Notes under the pieces: generated by a model
Database searches by the model: none
What the model saw: only the letters and a program-made list of their open reading frames with translations
What the model was told of the DNA's origin: nothing
Assembly (NCBI RefSeq): GCF_000143415.4
Contig: NW_003314295.1
Span: 871,038 to 935,037, forward strand
Direction of reading: 5' to 3'
DNA from: Selaginella moellendorffii
Taxonomy: Eukaryota; Plantae; Lycopodiophyta
DNA length: 64,000 nucleotides
In this document: piece by piece, positions 11,816-25,494 of the stretch
Layout: each line of letters starts with the position of its first letter
How positions within the stretch are numbered: position 1 is the stretch's first letter
Position numbers and translations under genes: made by a program

Positions 11816-13395
11816 CTACATCGTTTCTAGGATTGTTTGTATTTTACTCAAAAGTCCTATTACGTAATCACACAAATCTTGGTGCACTCTAGCTGAGACA
11901 ACATTCAGCAAGACTGATTTCACGCTGAGTAGATCAAATGAAAGGTAAGTATTGTCTTTTCTGTCCAGTATCATCTCCAGGATTCCAGCGAGAAAGACCA
12001 CGAAATCCTTGTAGTTCATGCCTGCAAAGATTGGCAATCAAACCAAGCAGTAACAAGATAAAGAAACCTGAGTTTGCTGCAAGATTCCGCTGGCAGAGCG
12101 TTTCAAAATCGTCGCTGATGTCTCTTACGTCCTCAATTGAAGCAACAGTGTCTCTGTAATCATCTTCAAGGAGACGCCACTGAAATATCACTTAAGAAAA
12201 GAAACAAAACGCTCATTCGAATCAAACATACTCACCACCCAATGGAGATTGCAGGCGTTGAACCAGTTGTGATTGATCGAGATCACGTCTTCCTGCACAA
12301 AATGCGAATGTTTTCTGATCACTGAAAAATCCAAACATCATCGCTACCAGATTGGTTACTTGGTGATACCATCCACTCGGAACAAAGATGATATCGCCTG
12401 GATTTTGGATGCACTCCGTCCAACTCGTCTAGCAAAGTTAGAAAAAAACAGTCGATACAGCAGCAATTGCAAACAAACCTTGGAAAAATCTGGAAACTCG
12501 TCCACCGTTCCATAGATATCATACACGGTGTTCTTTTTGTGCCTAGAAAGGTGAAACAAAACAAGGAGATCAAAGCGGTGAAAAAAAGCATCGAAACTTT
12601 TCACCTGTCAAACAAAAATGGAGTTTGCTCCGGTGGCAAGAGATGCCAGCGTTTTCTTCCACACACATTTCCAGACCAGCTATAAGACCTGAAAACGTCG
12701 GCGTGCAATGGAGTCCATGTACCTTCACAAAGATCACTTGAGAAATCTCCAGAGAAAAAATTAGACTAGCCTTTTACCTGCTGGTCCCATATAGACGAAA
12801 CGATAGTCGGAAGAAGGCACGGTATCGCCGGAGCTATGCCAGGAGTTTGAGTCTAGAAATTGGTTGAGCCAATCGTCAGAGAAAAAGATCGGAGTTTCAT
12901 AAGCGCCATAGTCTGGAAACTCCTGCTCCAATCGAAACTTGGTAAGTTCTTCTAGCTAAAAAGAAGAAAGAACCAAAGCTCACCTTGACAAAGTGCCAAT
13001 CCTTGAGATAGAGCAACGCTCGGCGCTCAGGATCGTCGCTCTTCCAATGCGTCACAAACTCAGACACCGTCATCTCCAAACGCTTCTGGTCCGTGAATTC
13101 TCTCTCGCCACAGTCTGCAACCTGGAGGAGCTTAATCGATTCCCAAAGGGAGAAATTCCATTTCTCTTCCAGTGAAAAGTACCTGGATCTTGGAGCCGCC
13201 AAAGTTGCGAGCAAGAAACTCGAGGTCGGGTTTGCCATGGTCGTCCACCCAGTCCCTAGACGCCCGCCAGTGCTCCATCAATCCCGTGACAAGCACGGGC
13301 TTGTTAGGCAGGAGATAGCGCTCGCGGAATTCCTGGTAGCTCAAGCTCGTCCCATCTTCCACGGGCACACACCCCCCTACATTGATTCTTCCCAT
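11816..13395 (-). CDS. JMJ20: JmjC-domain 2-oxoglutarate/Fe oxygenase, JMJD4/JMJ20-like (multi-exon)
   Basis: Exon peptides FRERYLLPNKPVLVTG, LYLKDWHFVK, DYRFVYMGP, TPLHADVFRSYSWS, IFVPSGWYHQV, ISINHNWFN; short GT-AG introns. Confidence 0.88.
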
Positions 13396-13487
13396 TTGGC
13401 ATTCATAAACCCTAGAACTTTTAGATTCAAGAATATTCTTAAAAACATAATAAACCCTACGCTTAAGAATATGCTCATAGATTTGAC

Positions 13488-13508
13488 TCTCTCTCTCTCT
13501 CTCTCTCT
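13488..13508 (+). repeat. (CT)n microsatellite
   Basis: About 10 CT units between the subtilase stop and the JmjC start. Confidence 0.8.
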
Positions 13509-13552
13509 AATGGAAACGCTTTTATATACTATACCTCGCTATGGCGCTCGCG

Positions 13553-16500
13553 CTAGCTAGAGCTATTGGCTTGCCTCCTCAAAACAGTGATGGGCAGCCT
13601 CACAGTGTGTCCGAGATCGCCCACCAGCCTCATCTCTCCAAAACTAAACTCCTCGGACGAGTCCCTGGCCCAGACTAGAATGCCCAGCGACACCGATCGC
13701 CCGGGATCCACCGCAAACGCGGACGGCTTAACGCTCACCGCCACGCCCGCCGGGTTGGTCACCACCACGCGGTACTTCTCCGTCTTGGCCCCGACGCTGG
13801 TGGCGGTCCTTGGAACGCGCCTCTCGCCGCCCAAGCTGGAGATGGTTATCGATGGTAAGTTGAGGTCCGACATTAGCCCCGCCGGCTGCGAGCACCGCTC
13901 CCTCGTCGCGTTGAAGATGGCGGTGGCGTTCACGCCGGGAACCGCGCACAAGAACTTGATATAGTCACCGTATCCTGTGCATGAATGGGATGAATGATCG
14001 ATCGAGTGATCTTTGAGCCAAGAACACGAAGGACTTACCTGCGTCGAAGACGAGGCCCGGATCCAGCGCGGCCTTTGGATTGATGGCTCCGTGGCCGTAG
14101 TCGAACGGGGTGGCGCTCTCGAGGTCCGACGACGCAGAGCTCGAAGGCTTGCTCCCGTTGTTCCTCGTGCTTGTGGCGTTTGATCCTCTCGAGCCCCCTG
14201 CCGCGTTTACGTGCTGCGCGAGCAGCGGACTCCCGCGGTTGTCCGTGGTGGAAGCGGTGGTCATCATCGCCGAGGCGATCACCGCGGGGCTCCGGCCGGG
14301 GAACTCCTTCTTGAGCAGCGCCGCGATGCCTGCTACGTGCGGGCTCGCCATGCTCGTCCCGGAAACAAGAGCGAAGTTCTTCCCTGGCATGGACATGGAT
14401 CTTTGTCAACTTTTCTCTCTGCATAGATCCATACCTTGGAAGTTTGGCTCGTCCGTTCCACTGGGAGTCCAGGCTCCCCAGATGAGCGATCCGGGGGCGA
14501 GGATGTTTGGCTTGAGAACGTCGGCGTCCTGGAACGCGAAGTTCCTCACGTCGGGGCCGCGAGACGAGTAGAGAGCAACCTGTGGAGCCGAGCTGTTGAA
14601 CACCGCCTCTTGTCCATTCCCGATCTTGGCCGTGGCATTGAAACTCGCAGCCTTTCCATTCGCTGCCCGGGTGGTGGACGAGTTGTAGTAGCGTAGAAGC
14701 TCCTGTGCAAAGAACGAGTTTTCTATCAGGAACTTAAAGAATCTAGCTATGGAGCTTCTTACCTCCGAGCTCTCGGAAGTTGTGATGACGATCCCGGGAA
14801 CCGAGATTGGAACCGGCTCAAACTTGCTCCCGGCCAAGTCCGACTCCACAACCAGGACGAATCCCACGGCGCTGAGGTTGGCGACGGTGGCGGCGACTTG
14901 GTGGACGGTGGCACCACCGAAGATAAAGCTGAAGGAGAAGGTGCAAATCAGTACCTTTCCCTTGACAAGCTGGGCGTTGAAAAGGCTCGGGTCCTGGCAA
15001 TCGTTGGGACTGAAGAAATAGTTTGAGCTGTTTCCAACCGCGTCCTTGGCGAGGATCATGCTGTACGTGCTGCTTCCTGGAGTTGGAGCTGGATTGAAAA
15101 ATGACACAGCAAAAGGAAAGTGTTTAGTTTCGAAAAATTTGGGAAGTAAGATCATGGAAAGTTTGTTTTGGAATCATGGAAAGTTTAGATCATGGAAAGT
15201 TTCGAATCAGTACGAACTTACGAGCGAGACCAACACCGGGGAGAGTTTTAGCGTTGCCGAGGCTGATATAGTTTGGATAGCTCCGGTCGTCGAGTCCTGC
15301 GGCCACGGTGGCGATCCAGGGGCTGAAAGAGACGATGGTCCGAGGATACGGCCCTCCATTCCCAGCCGCCTGAGCAACAAAGACGCCTTGTTTCACTGCT
15401 GCCAGGATAGCCATGTCGAAAACGTTGAGAAAAGTGGCACTGCTGCTGCTGGGAGGACTGTTGGGACCAACAGAGAGATTTAAAACGTCCACTCCATCCT
15501 CTACGGCCTGTGTGAAGTTCCCGAGAGAAGAACAATAAGTTTGTGAAAAGATTTGCGAAAGTTTCGCTTGCTTGCCTTGTCTATGGCTGCCACAACGTCT
15601 GCTACAAATCCTCCAAATTGCCTATACAGTGCCTTGTACACTGCTATCCTGCTCAAAGAAGCTTTCAGTACGTAATAAAGAGAAATGTTCACCAGGAAAA
15701 AATATCCCTGTCCAAGCTCACCTTGCTCGTGGTGCCATACCACTCGCTTTCCCGTAGCTGTACCCGTTTATCGTCACAGGGACGTTGTAATTTCCAGCTG
15801 CGATCGATGCAGTGTGGCTGTAAAAAACGAAAAAAAGGAAAAAAAAATTACATTTTTCTCCAGAAAAAAACGTTTTTGGAAGTAGAAGCTCGAGCTTACG
15901 ATCCATGGCCATCGCCGTCGAGAGGAGAATCGAAGTCCACAGACGCGTTGAAGTTGCCGGAAGCCGTGGCGGCAGCGGCAAAGTGTCGAGCTCCAACGAT
16001 CTTGCCATTGCAAAACGAGGCCACCTCGCAAGAGCCTCGAAAGTTTTTCAAGCCGCTCGACGTGTTGGAGGAGGAGTTGGAAGCGAAAGCTTGCCCCGAG
16101 AAACTTGGATGCGTGGGATCAATGCCAGTGTCGATGATCCCCACAACGATCCCGTCACCCGCATTGCCGGCGCCACCCTGCTGCGACCACACTCCGGTCG
16201 GGAGTCCCAGGAAATCGGGGGTGTGTGTCGTGAGCTTGCTCACTCTCCAATCTTTTTGGACGAGCATCACTCCCGGGGCTGACTTGAGTGTGTCTGCCTT
16301 CAAGAGCAAGAAATCGAGTCAAGTTCGAGAGTTTGTTCTTCATTTTCTTGAGAAGTTGAAAAAAAAAGCGAACAACAACTTACCTGGTGATCTTGGAGTT
16401 TCACGGCGAAGCCATTGATCAAGTGGTGGTAGCTGTAGAGCTTCTGGTAGCCGGCGCCGCTGCTAGCGAAAGTTTCTTGCAAGAACTTGTCGTGCTGCTG

Positions 16501-16773
16501 GACGAGACGAGATTTGTAGAGCTCCACTATGTTCTTCGTGGAGCTGGATATCATAACATCGATCACGAAAGAATTACACGAACGTTTCTTCTCTTTCACT
16601 CACCTGGATTTGCCGATTCCAATGTCCACCTCCTCCGCTCCAAACGCCTCCGCGTAGCTGGACACTGGATCCCCTTCCATGATCACCATGTACACTTCTC
16701 CATTCGAAGGGAAAGCCAGGAGCTCCAGCAGGAGCGACAATGCAAGCAGCATTCCTGTGACGATCAATGCCAT
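13553..16773 (-). CDS. Subtilisin-like serine protease, SBT2 subfamily (multi-exon)
   Basis: Signal peptide, I9 prodomain (YSYHHLINGFA), catalytic motifs IDTG, HGSHTASIAAGN and SGTSMASPHVAG, PA domain, C-terminal FnIII-like region. Confidence 0.93.
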
Positions 16774-18839
16774 GGTTGTGGCGAGGACGAACGAAGGGAT
16801 CGAATCGACTCGTGGGCGATCCTGGACGGATCAAACCCGGGGTGCCCACATCCCCCGACTCCACACAAGTGACAGTTCTGCCACGACCCACGAGCATTCA
16901 TGAAGCGCCCAACGGCGCCATTTAGCTCGCGAGAAGCGAAGAAGAGAAAAAAAGGAGCTGAGAGGAGGACCCAAGAACACGACGAGGGGCCGACAAGAAA
17001 GACCAATGCGCGAGCAATCCCAGAGACAGCTCTTCTTTTTTTCTCCTTTCTATTCTTTTCAGTCAGTGAGAAGAACCATGAGCATGAATTTATGAACGCT
17101 GTGACACTGGAGTTGGATCAAACTTCCCAGCTACCTAGGGCTCTTGCCTTAAAGGAGCCGTTGATCGAAACACCAGATTCCAAAACCGACACAAATTCAC
17201 CTCTTCAATTCCTAGCTAGAAGCTCTGTTTCTTATATACCGCCATAGAGAAGAAAACAAAGAAAAAAAAATTGATTTCTTTACCTGTGCTGCTGTTCGCA
17301 TTGGAAGATGATTGTTTTCCATTATAGTTTTCCATCCAATCCAAGATGGACACTGGAGAGAGAGAAGAGGAGCTTTGTTCTACCTACATGATTACAGAGC
17401 GATCAAAGGAGGAGGAGAAAAAACACTTGGGCTGTACGCGATCGATGTTGCCATGGCCGACAAGGGACCCGAGCATTGAATGAAGTGCCCAGCCATGATT
17501 GATCTCATTCCATCCATCCTTTCGTTTGTGCCCGGGGAATGAAAATCATAAAAGAATCTGGTTCACGCATACTCTGCGGTGTCGCTCTTCCGTACACATT
17601 GTAAGTTGGATGTTCTTCCGGAGTTCACGCATTCCGTACGCGCGGGTAACTTGGAGGGAAGTGGGCGAGTGAGATTTTTAAGATGGTTTGTCGCTGTCCT
17701 GGCCTGACAGGCTTTGTTGTTGGCGGTGTGGGGCGTCATTTCGCTCATGGGGGACTTGACCAGAATCACATGGAGCGTTTCGTTTCGCTCTGGCACTTGA
17801 CTCGGAGAATCGAATTCAATTCATTTCGATCGAGGTCGCTCTGATTTGCATCTGCAGCTGGAATCTCCACGAAAGAAAAAGAAAAGGAGAAGAGCTTGTG
17901 CTTCCGTACTATAAGTGTCCGATAGAGAGTTTGCGCATGAAGTTCGATGCCTGTTTATTTCCGGATAGCATTCAATCCATCCACGATCACGGCACAGGAG
18001 GCTGAATCAAATACCGGCACTGCTGCTGGTTGTTTGGCTACTCCAAGAATTAAAGCTGCCTAAACACCGACCGACTTGTTCTCTCTCTAGCAGGAAAAGG
18101 TGGTGGCCAATAAATTGCGGACAACCATCAGCCGTGACGAACAGTTGGAAAGGATGAGATGATCGATCCTTACAATCTATCGATATGCTGTTTTGATAGT
18201 CTCGCGGTGCCATGGATGAGGCTGGTGGATGCAAAATGAATGAATGATGAATCAAATCCAATTCGCCCACCAACGGAACGGATCGTCTGTTCATGTCCGG
18301 AAAAGGAGAAAGATCCAGCGCTTTGACAACTTCGTTTCCTCGTGACCTATTCCCGAAAGAGAGAAAGAAAAAGATAGCGGTCCCAACAGTCGAGGTCAAG
18401 CATCTCTTTCGATATGTTGGATCATCATGCCATGGAATCTCTCCGTCCGTACGAGTGCCGTATGCGAGCGCTGGCCATGGCTGGGCTGGCAGCCTTTGTT
18501 CTGTAGATTTTGAGAAGACTTCGCTGGCGAGCACCCTGTGGATTTGAAAATTTGGATGGACGGCGGCGATCTGTTCACGGTTTTACAGCCGTTGATGTTT
18601 CCTACCATGCTCTGCCCTAAAATATCCCTGCGGGTGGAGATCGCTGGAGGAGAATGCCCGGCTGAGGCATTTTGGCGACCAGGACGATGGTGAGCATTTC
18701 GAGATTGGAAGTTTTTATTTTCTGATGTTGTCTTTCTGGGTGGCGGTTTTGTTCCTCCAGGCTTCGATGTTCAAGCTCTCTACTAGTAAGTAGAAGAAAT
18801 CCCACTTCTTTCACGTACATTGCCTGACACGATGTTTCC

Positions 18840-20983
18840 ATGGTTTTCTCAGCTTTCCAAAACCGGCTGGACAGGGAAAGGCACGATGAAGCTAGCCGAG
18901 GGAAGATCATCAGGTGAAAAATCTTTGGAAGGCTCTTTAGCTATCCTGTTTTAAATCTTTCTTTTGTGCAGTTTTCTCAAAGAAGATCAACGATGTGCGA
19001 TCGGGCACAAACTGGAAGAACCTCCATATCAGTATCCTGTGGTTTGTTCTTGTAGCTTTGGAGCACTCGCGTAAGATCTTTCATGTTTGTTTCTCTGTGT
19101 CTGTCTGTAGATAAATGAAGAGGATAAATTCCTTAAGCAAGAACGAATGCGAGAAGCATTCGACTATGTGAGTTTTGACGTATCGAGTTTTTCTTGTCAT
19201 CTTTTGTCCAGTGAATTTTTTTATCAGGTGTCCAACGATGATGTGTGGGACAGTGAGCCCCCCGATCCCGTGGAAGAAGCTAAGCGCGAGCGTGAAATGC
19301 TTCGCAAAGTCGTCCAGGACTCTCCCGAGTTGCGGGATCTTAAAGCCAAGCTCCATCTTGCTCAAATGAACATGGAAAGGCAGCGACAGGTTGATGAACT
19401 ATTTTCTCTTGTTTTCATGTCACTGTGGCTATTGCAGCTTGAAGAGAAGAAGCTTGTAGAGATGGAAGAAGCGTCTCGAAATAAGAAATTCCAAGAGTTA
19501 ATGTTGGAACAGCTTGACCAAGCTGAGAGGCGTGAGCAAGAGCGTTTATGCAAGATCCAGAAAGACAAAGTAAGAAGAGCCGAGGTCTTATTGCGAGTTT
19601 GCATTCTTTTCTTTCGATTCTGGCAGATGGAGACTGTGATCACGATGAAGGAGCAACTACAAAAGAAAGAACTTGAGAAGGAGCGGGCTTGGGAGCGGAG
19701 GATCGAGGAGCAGAAAGAAATGGACAAGGTTGGCTCATGACAATAGTAGAACTTTTTTCTAACCGTGTGGCTTTTGATATTTCAGTTGATTATGAAGCTA
19801 AACGCCGAGCGTGAGGAGGAGGCAGCATCTAAAAAGTAAGGCATTCAAGGTCTCCATAAAACAGGTTTCTTACATTCTTCGTTCCATACAGGAAGAAACA
19901 AACAGAAGCTATGAGCTTTGTGCATAAATATCTAGAGACTCGAGAACAAGAAAGAGAAAACAAGGTACAAAGATGTTTATCTTAGAGGATTCTCATTTGA
20001 TCCGCATTCCAGGCGAAGAAAATGAAGCAGGAGGAAGAAGAAATGCTCCGATACCGAGCATTACAGGACCAACGAGCAGCAGAAAAAGCCGAAAAGGAGA
20101 GAGAAAAGAAGGAGCGCGAAGAAAAGTGAGCATGCGGTCTGGTTTTTGAAAAACTTGGTCGAGTTTGACGTTGCCAGGATCCACGCAATTCTGTCCGCTG
20201 GAAAAGAAGAAGAGGCTCGCCAAAGGGATGACTTTGAGAAGATGCTCAACGATCTCTACTTTGAAGAGGCCGAAGAGCGCTACAGGAAGAACGCCGAGCA
20301 AGAGAGGATCCGGGTACCAAAAGACTGTTCCTCCGTGGCTTTGAGAATGGCAACTTCCCTTGTCTACAGAGAGAGCAAGTCCGAGAAAATCTTAAGGCTT
20401 CGAATGAGCACGACCATTTCCTGAAGGAGCAGCGCAAGCTCAAAGAGAAGGCCGAGAGGGAGGCCTTCCACAAGAAGATGATGGATCAAATGGCCGAGGT
20501 AATAGTTTCTCCTTTTGTCTCAATGATCTTCGGCTTTCTCTTTTCTCAGGAGCACAAGATCGAGCAAATGAACGCTCAAAAACGAAGGATGAAGATGGAA
20601 GAGTTCAAGAGGGAGATCAGTAAGTTGTGGGAGGATAAAAAGTCCATGTTCCACGGACAGGTACGCAACGCTTATGATCTCTCAAAACTCTCAATTCTCG
20701 TTTCGTTTTAGGTGGACGAGGCCAAAGGATTCCGGAAGAAAGAAGAAGAGATGCAAGCCAAGAGAAAGGAGGTGATAGAGGAGGAGCGACGCAAGCTCTT
20801 GGCGACTCAAGGAAGAAAGTTAGCCCATTTCCTTCCAAAGCACACGCTAGAAAGCGAGGAAGACTATAAAATCGTTGGAATTCCACCACCACCACAGCGG
20901 GAAAAGGTATACCTCCATCTCTCCTTTTCTTCTTCTCGTTTGAGCTCTTACACAGTTTTTTTTCTCGCGTGTAGAGGAGATAG
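18840..20983 (+). CDS. MNS1: Meiosis-specific nuclear structural protein 1 / axonemal coiled-coil protein (multi-exon; start inferred)
   Basis: E/K/R-rich coiled coil with MNS1-like motifs SPELRDLKAKL..MNMERQRQ, IEQMNAQKRRMK and IEEERRKLL...LAHFLPKH; the first exons splice in frame from ATG 18840. Confidence 0.75.
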
Positions 20984-21048
20984 AGCGAGCGAGCAATGTA
21001 TCGTTATAAAAATAATCCATTGTGGAGTTTAGGGTTTTAGGAGGGCAA

Positions 21049-24000
21049 ATGGCGGCTGCGTCCACCAAGCGCGGCGCCGAGGATGATCTCGCGTCGCCAT
21101 CGCTCAAGCAGGCCAAGATTTCCGAGACGCTAGCGCCGGCGGCGATCGAGCGGGGTTGCATTCACGAAATCGCGTATCCGGATGGATTCCAGGCTTCAGG
21201 TGAGAAGCGTGACGCTCCCGCGAAGCCTGCCAAGGAGTATCCCTTCACGCTCGACGCTTTCCAGCGTGAGGCGATTGCGGCATTGGAAGCTGGAGAATCA
21301 GTCATGGTATGCTAGCAAGAATTTTGGATTTGGAGCTTTGGTTTGAATTTTTTTTCTCGGCAAGGTCTCGGCACACACGTCGGCAGGCAAGACTGTGGTC
21401 GCGGAGTATGCGATTGCCATGGCTCTAAGAGATCAGCAGCGTGTGCTTTACACATCTCCTATCAAGGCGCTGAGCAACCAAAAGTTTCGAGAGCTCGCGG
21501 AGGAGTTTTCGGACGTGGGGCTGATGACTGGTGACGTTACAATCTCCCCCAATGCGTCTTGCTTGGTAAATGTTTCCTCAGCTTGGATAGCTCGCTATGA
21601 TGAGTCTCATTTATGATAGGAAGATCAGAAGTGCTCCAATGGAGCGCTCATGATGCTTTTACGAGAATTCTGATGCGACTTTCTTTCTTGACTAGTTGCC
21701 ATATTCAATACTTCCGTTGGCTTGAAACTTACATAGTGGTCATTATATTCTGCAGGTCATGACTACCGAGATTTTGCGGAGCATGCAGTATCGAGGATCA
21801 GAAGTCATGAGAGAAGTTGCGTGGATAATTTTTGACGAAGTTCACTACATGAGAGACCGGGAACGAGGAGTGGTGTGGGAAGAAAGCATTGTCATGGCTC
21901 CTAAGAACGCCCGTTTTGTTTTTCTATCAGCGACGGTGCCAAATGCTAAAGAATTCGCTGACTGGGTTGCAAAGGTACAGTCCTCACGCTTTGAATTTGG
22001 CAGAATGTGCTGATGTATTACTGCCTCACAGGTTCATCAACAACCTTGTCACATCGTGTATACTGACTTCAGACCAACGCCTCTACAACACTATATTTTT
22101 CCCGCCGGTGGGGATGGTTTGTATCTTGTCGTCGATGAGCAAGGTACGTTTCGAGAGGACAGTTTCTCGAAAGCAGTGAACGCAGTTGCAATTGCCGATC
22201 CAAAGAAGGACGGAAAATGGCAAAAGCGAAAAGAAGAAGGAAAGGACGAACCAAGTGACATCTGGAAGATTGTGAAAATGATTATTGCACGGCAATATGA
22301 TCCAGTGATAGTGTTCAGTTTTAGCAAGAGGGATTGCGAGCATCTTGCAATGCAGGTGATTTTCTTTCTCCTCGCTGATGTGTTTGTCTAACCGTTGCTT
22401 GCAGATGTCAAAAATGGACCTTAACTCAGAAGATGAAAAGAAACTTGTTGAAGGCATATTTCGAAATGCCATGGACTCTTTATCTGAAGACGATAAAAAG
22501 CTTCCTCAGGTTTGATCGATTCTTGTGTATAAAACGATATACTTAACTATCTTTGCAGGTCTCTCTGGCCCTGCCTTATTTGAAGCGCGGAATCGGAGTG
22601 CATCACTCGGGCCTGTTGCCCATTCTTAAAGAAGTTATTGAGATATTATTTCAAGAAGGGCTCGTAAAGGTATATTTGTGCAGCGTTTCGTTTCTTCCTA
22701 AGTTGTTGGATGTTGCAGTGCCTGTTTGCTACAGAGACATTCAGTATTGGACTGAATATGCCTGCCAAGACAGTCGTGTTCACGAACGTTCGCAAGTTTG
22801 ATGGTGACAAGTTTCGCTGGATAACCAGCGGCGAATATATTCAAATGAGTGGACGCGCAGGGCGTAGAGGGCTTGACAATTTTGGCGTATGTATTTTTAT
22901 GCTAGATGAAAAGCTAGAACCAGCTGTTGCAAAGCAGATAGTGAAGGGCACTGCCGATCCATTGAATAGGTAATGGTGAATTTTCATGTTACGGCTTCTG
23001 TACTCATGGTTGTCTCTTCTTTCAGTGCTTTTCATCTCAGCTATAATATGATATTAAATCAGATGCGCTGTGAAGAGAGTAACCCAGAAGACTTACTTCG
23101 CCAGTCCTTTCACCAATTTCAGTCTGATCGAAGCTTACCAATCCTTGAGGTATAAATTCCACTCCTTTTGAAATGATCCCGCACTTATAAGAGTCTGAAT
23201 GCAGCAACGCGTGAAGAATCTGGAAGAAGAAAGAGCTTCTGTTCTTATTGAAGAAGAGGAGAAGCTAGCAGAATACTACTCATCGGTCAATCAGTTGAGG
23301 AAAATAAAGAATCAGATACGGGAGATTATACTCGCTCCTCGATCTTGTCTTCCGTTTCTTCAACCTGGGCGTCTAGTGCGGATATTCAGATCTGCTGATG
23401 CAGTGGAGCAACAGAATAGCGTACTAATGGAGCAAGATCCTGCTGTATGGGGCGTTATTATCAACTTTGAGAAGGCTCAGTCAAAGGACTCAGATGAAGG
23501 TAAGCCGAATGGCGCAGTACGTGTACTGACTTTTTCTACAGATGATCCTTTCGAATCAAAGCCGCGAAAGCACTTGAAATACGTAGTGGACGTGCTGGTG
23601 AACTGCGTAACTGAGAAAGAAGGGGACAGACCGAAGGTGGCACGTCCTGTATCTCTGGATGAGGATGGGCAACCTTTAGTTACAGCATTTCCTTTGTCTC
23701 AAGTACGTAATCTCTTATCGGTGCTTGGTTCTTGTTCTTACCATCTATATTAGGTGGAGAGCCTTAGTGCCGTTCGGATTCGTATTCCAAGAGATTTGCG
23801 TCCAGCTGAAGCAAGAGAGCAGACCTTGAGGACCGTGCTGGAAGTACTGAAAAGGTTTCCCGACGGATTGCAGCTTTTAGATCCCGAGGATGATATGAAG
23901 GTGAGACTCTTCGTTTGAAGCATGAGTGAGCTTTTGGTGCACAGGTGGAAAGCAGCGATTACAAGAAGTTGGTGCGACGAGTGGAAGCACTGGAAACTCT

Positions 24001-24831
24001 GATAGCAAAACACCCAGTTGCAAAATCTCCAACTCTAAATGAACGATTGAGGCTGCTCCAGAAGAAGGAAGATCTAGCCGAGACCATTCGTGTAGCGCGG
24101 AAGGAAGTGCGTGCTGCGTCCGCTCTAATATTCAAGGACGAACTAAAAGCGCGTCGAAGAGTTTTACGTCGTTTAAGGTACTTGGTTTTTTCTCAAGTCC
24201 ACAGTGACTGATTTTTCTTTGTCCCGCAGTTATGCCACCAGGGACGACGTTGTGCAACTCAAGGGGCTCGTGGCCTGCGAGATAAGCAGCGCAGACGAGC
24301 TCATTGTCACGGAGCTGATATTCAATGGTGTTTTCAAGGACGTCACAGCAGAGCAGGCTGCCGCGCTACTGTCATGCTTCGTGTGGCAAGAGAAGACGAA
24401 AATGGCGAAGCCGCTGTCTCAAGAACTTGCTGGACTGTTTTCGCAGCTCCAGGACACAGCCAGGCAAGTTGGAAAACTCCAAGTGGAATGCAAGGTAGTG
24501 TTCTTTCTCTTTTTCTTTGTTTTCTGCCACTAGAGCAAGGTCGTTTTTACAGGTTCCAGTCGATGTGGAGGAATACGTGAATTCGTTTCGGCCGGATATA
24601 ATGGAGGGAGTCCATGCCTGGTGCACCGGAAAGAGCTTTCTGGAGGTGTTGAAAGTGGCGGAGGTGTTTGAAGGGAGCTTGATCCGGGCGCTTAGAAGGC
24701 TGGAGGAGCTTGTCCAGCAACTGGTCACAGCCTCGAAAGCCATTGGAGAGGCAGACATGGAGGCCAAGTTCCAGGACGCAAGCACCAAGATGAAAAGGGA
24801 CATTGTGTTTGCGGCGTCTCTATACCTATGA
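21049..24831 (+). CDS. MTR4: Exosome cofactor DExH RNA helicase MTR4 (multi-exon)
   Basis: [34 protein letters not shown] (MTR4-type rather than HEN2-type), [11 protein letters not shown]-terminal [11 protein letters not shown]. Confidence 0.93.
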
Positions 24832-24948
24832 ATCACATTTTTGTACATTAAATCTTTGTACATAATCTTCTATTAGTGTCAATGTTGAAAAATGTCTACG
24901 TGGCAAACAGCTGTGCCCTTATTAGGGCGAGATACGAGTGTGCGCCCT

Positions 24949-24995
24949 ATCCCACATGCGAAGGCGCATAATTGTGCCCGGGCTAGAGTATATAA
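24949..24995 (+). promoter_or_regulatory. Plant snRNA promoter: USE plus TATA
   Basis: ATCCCACATGCG (24949-24960; consensus RTCCCACATCG) and TATATAA (24989-24995), about 30 bp apart as expected for Pol II snRNA genes. Confidence 0.8.
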
Positions 24996-25020
24996 GAGAG
25001 GGTTGGGCAAAGGGAAGTTC

Positions 25021-25213
25021 ATACCTTTCTCGGCCTTTTGGCTAAGATCAAGTGTAGTATCTGTTCTTATCAGTTTAATAGCTGATATGGGGCCACGTGC
25101 CCCAACGCTATTAACCTAATTTTTTGTGGGAGGCGGGCCACCGGTAGCTTGCTACCCGGCCCTCCGCGTGTCGCTTTGGCCTTACACTACCGCCTTAGCC
25201 TGGCACAACCCAA
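25021..25213 (+). ncRNA. U2: U2 spliceosomal snRNA
   Basis: ATACCTTTCTCGGCCTTTTGGCTAAGATCAAGTGTAGTATCTGTTC 5' end with branch-site recognition GTAGTA, Sm site AATTTTTTGTG; 3' end approximate. Confidence 0.96.
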
Positions 25214-25494
25214 CCCCCAAATATAAACCCAAGAAGAAATTAAGGAATCTTGTTTTTACATGCTCGATTGAAAATCTTTCCAGAATATAAGAACTAGGAA
25301 CTAGGAACTAGCGAAGAAACTAGCGAAGAACCCTAGAAAATTTCTCTACGTGCAAGGAAAACAATTTTAATTTACGTCTGTTGTCACTAGTGAGGGTAGA
25401 AAAAAATCTTAATGTTTCATGGAGAAATTTGCTGAGGCATAGCGTTTTAATTCAGTGATGAAAAATAACATAAATTAAAGCATAATTTGAAAGA

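Noticed and set aside
17563-18608. ORFs between the subtilase and MNS1 (e.g. 18007-18534)
   Set aside because: No recognisable domain or consistent splice model; likely promoter/UTR sequence.
21049-24831. HEN2 or SKI2 assignment for the helicase
   Set aside because: Diagnostic segments ([29 protein letters not shown]) fit MTR4.
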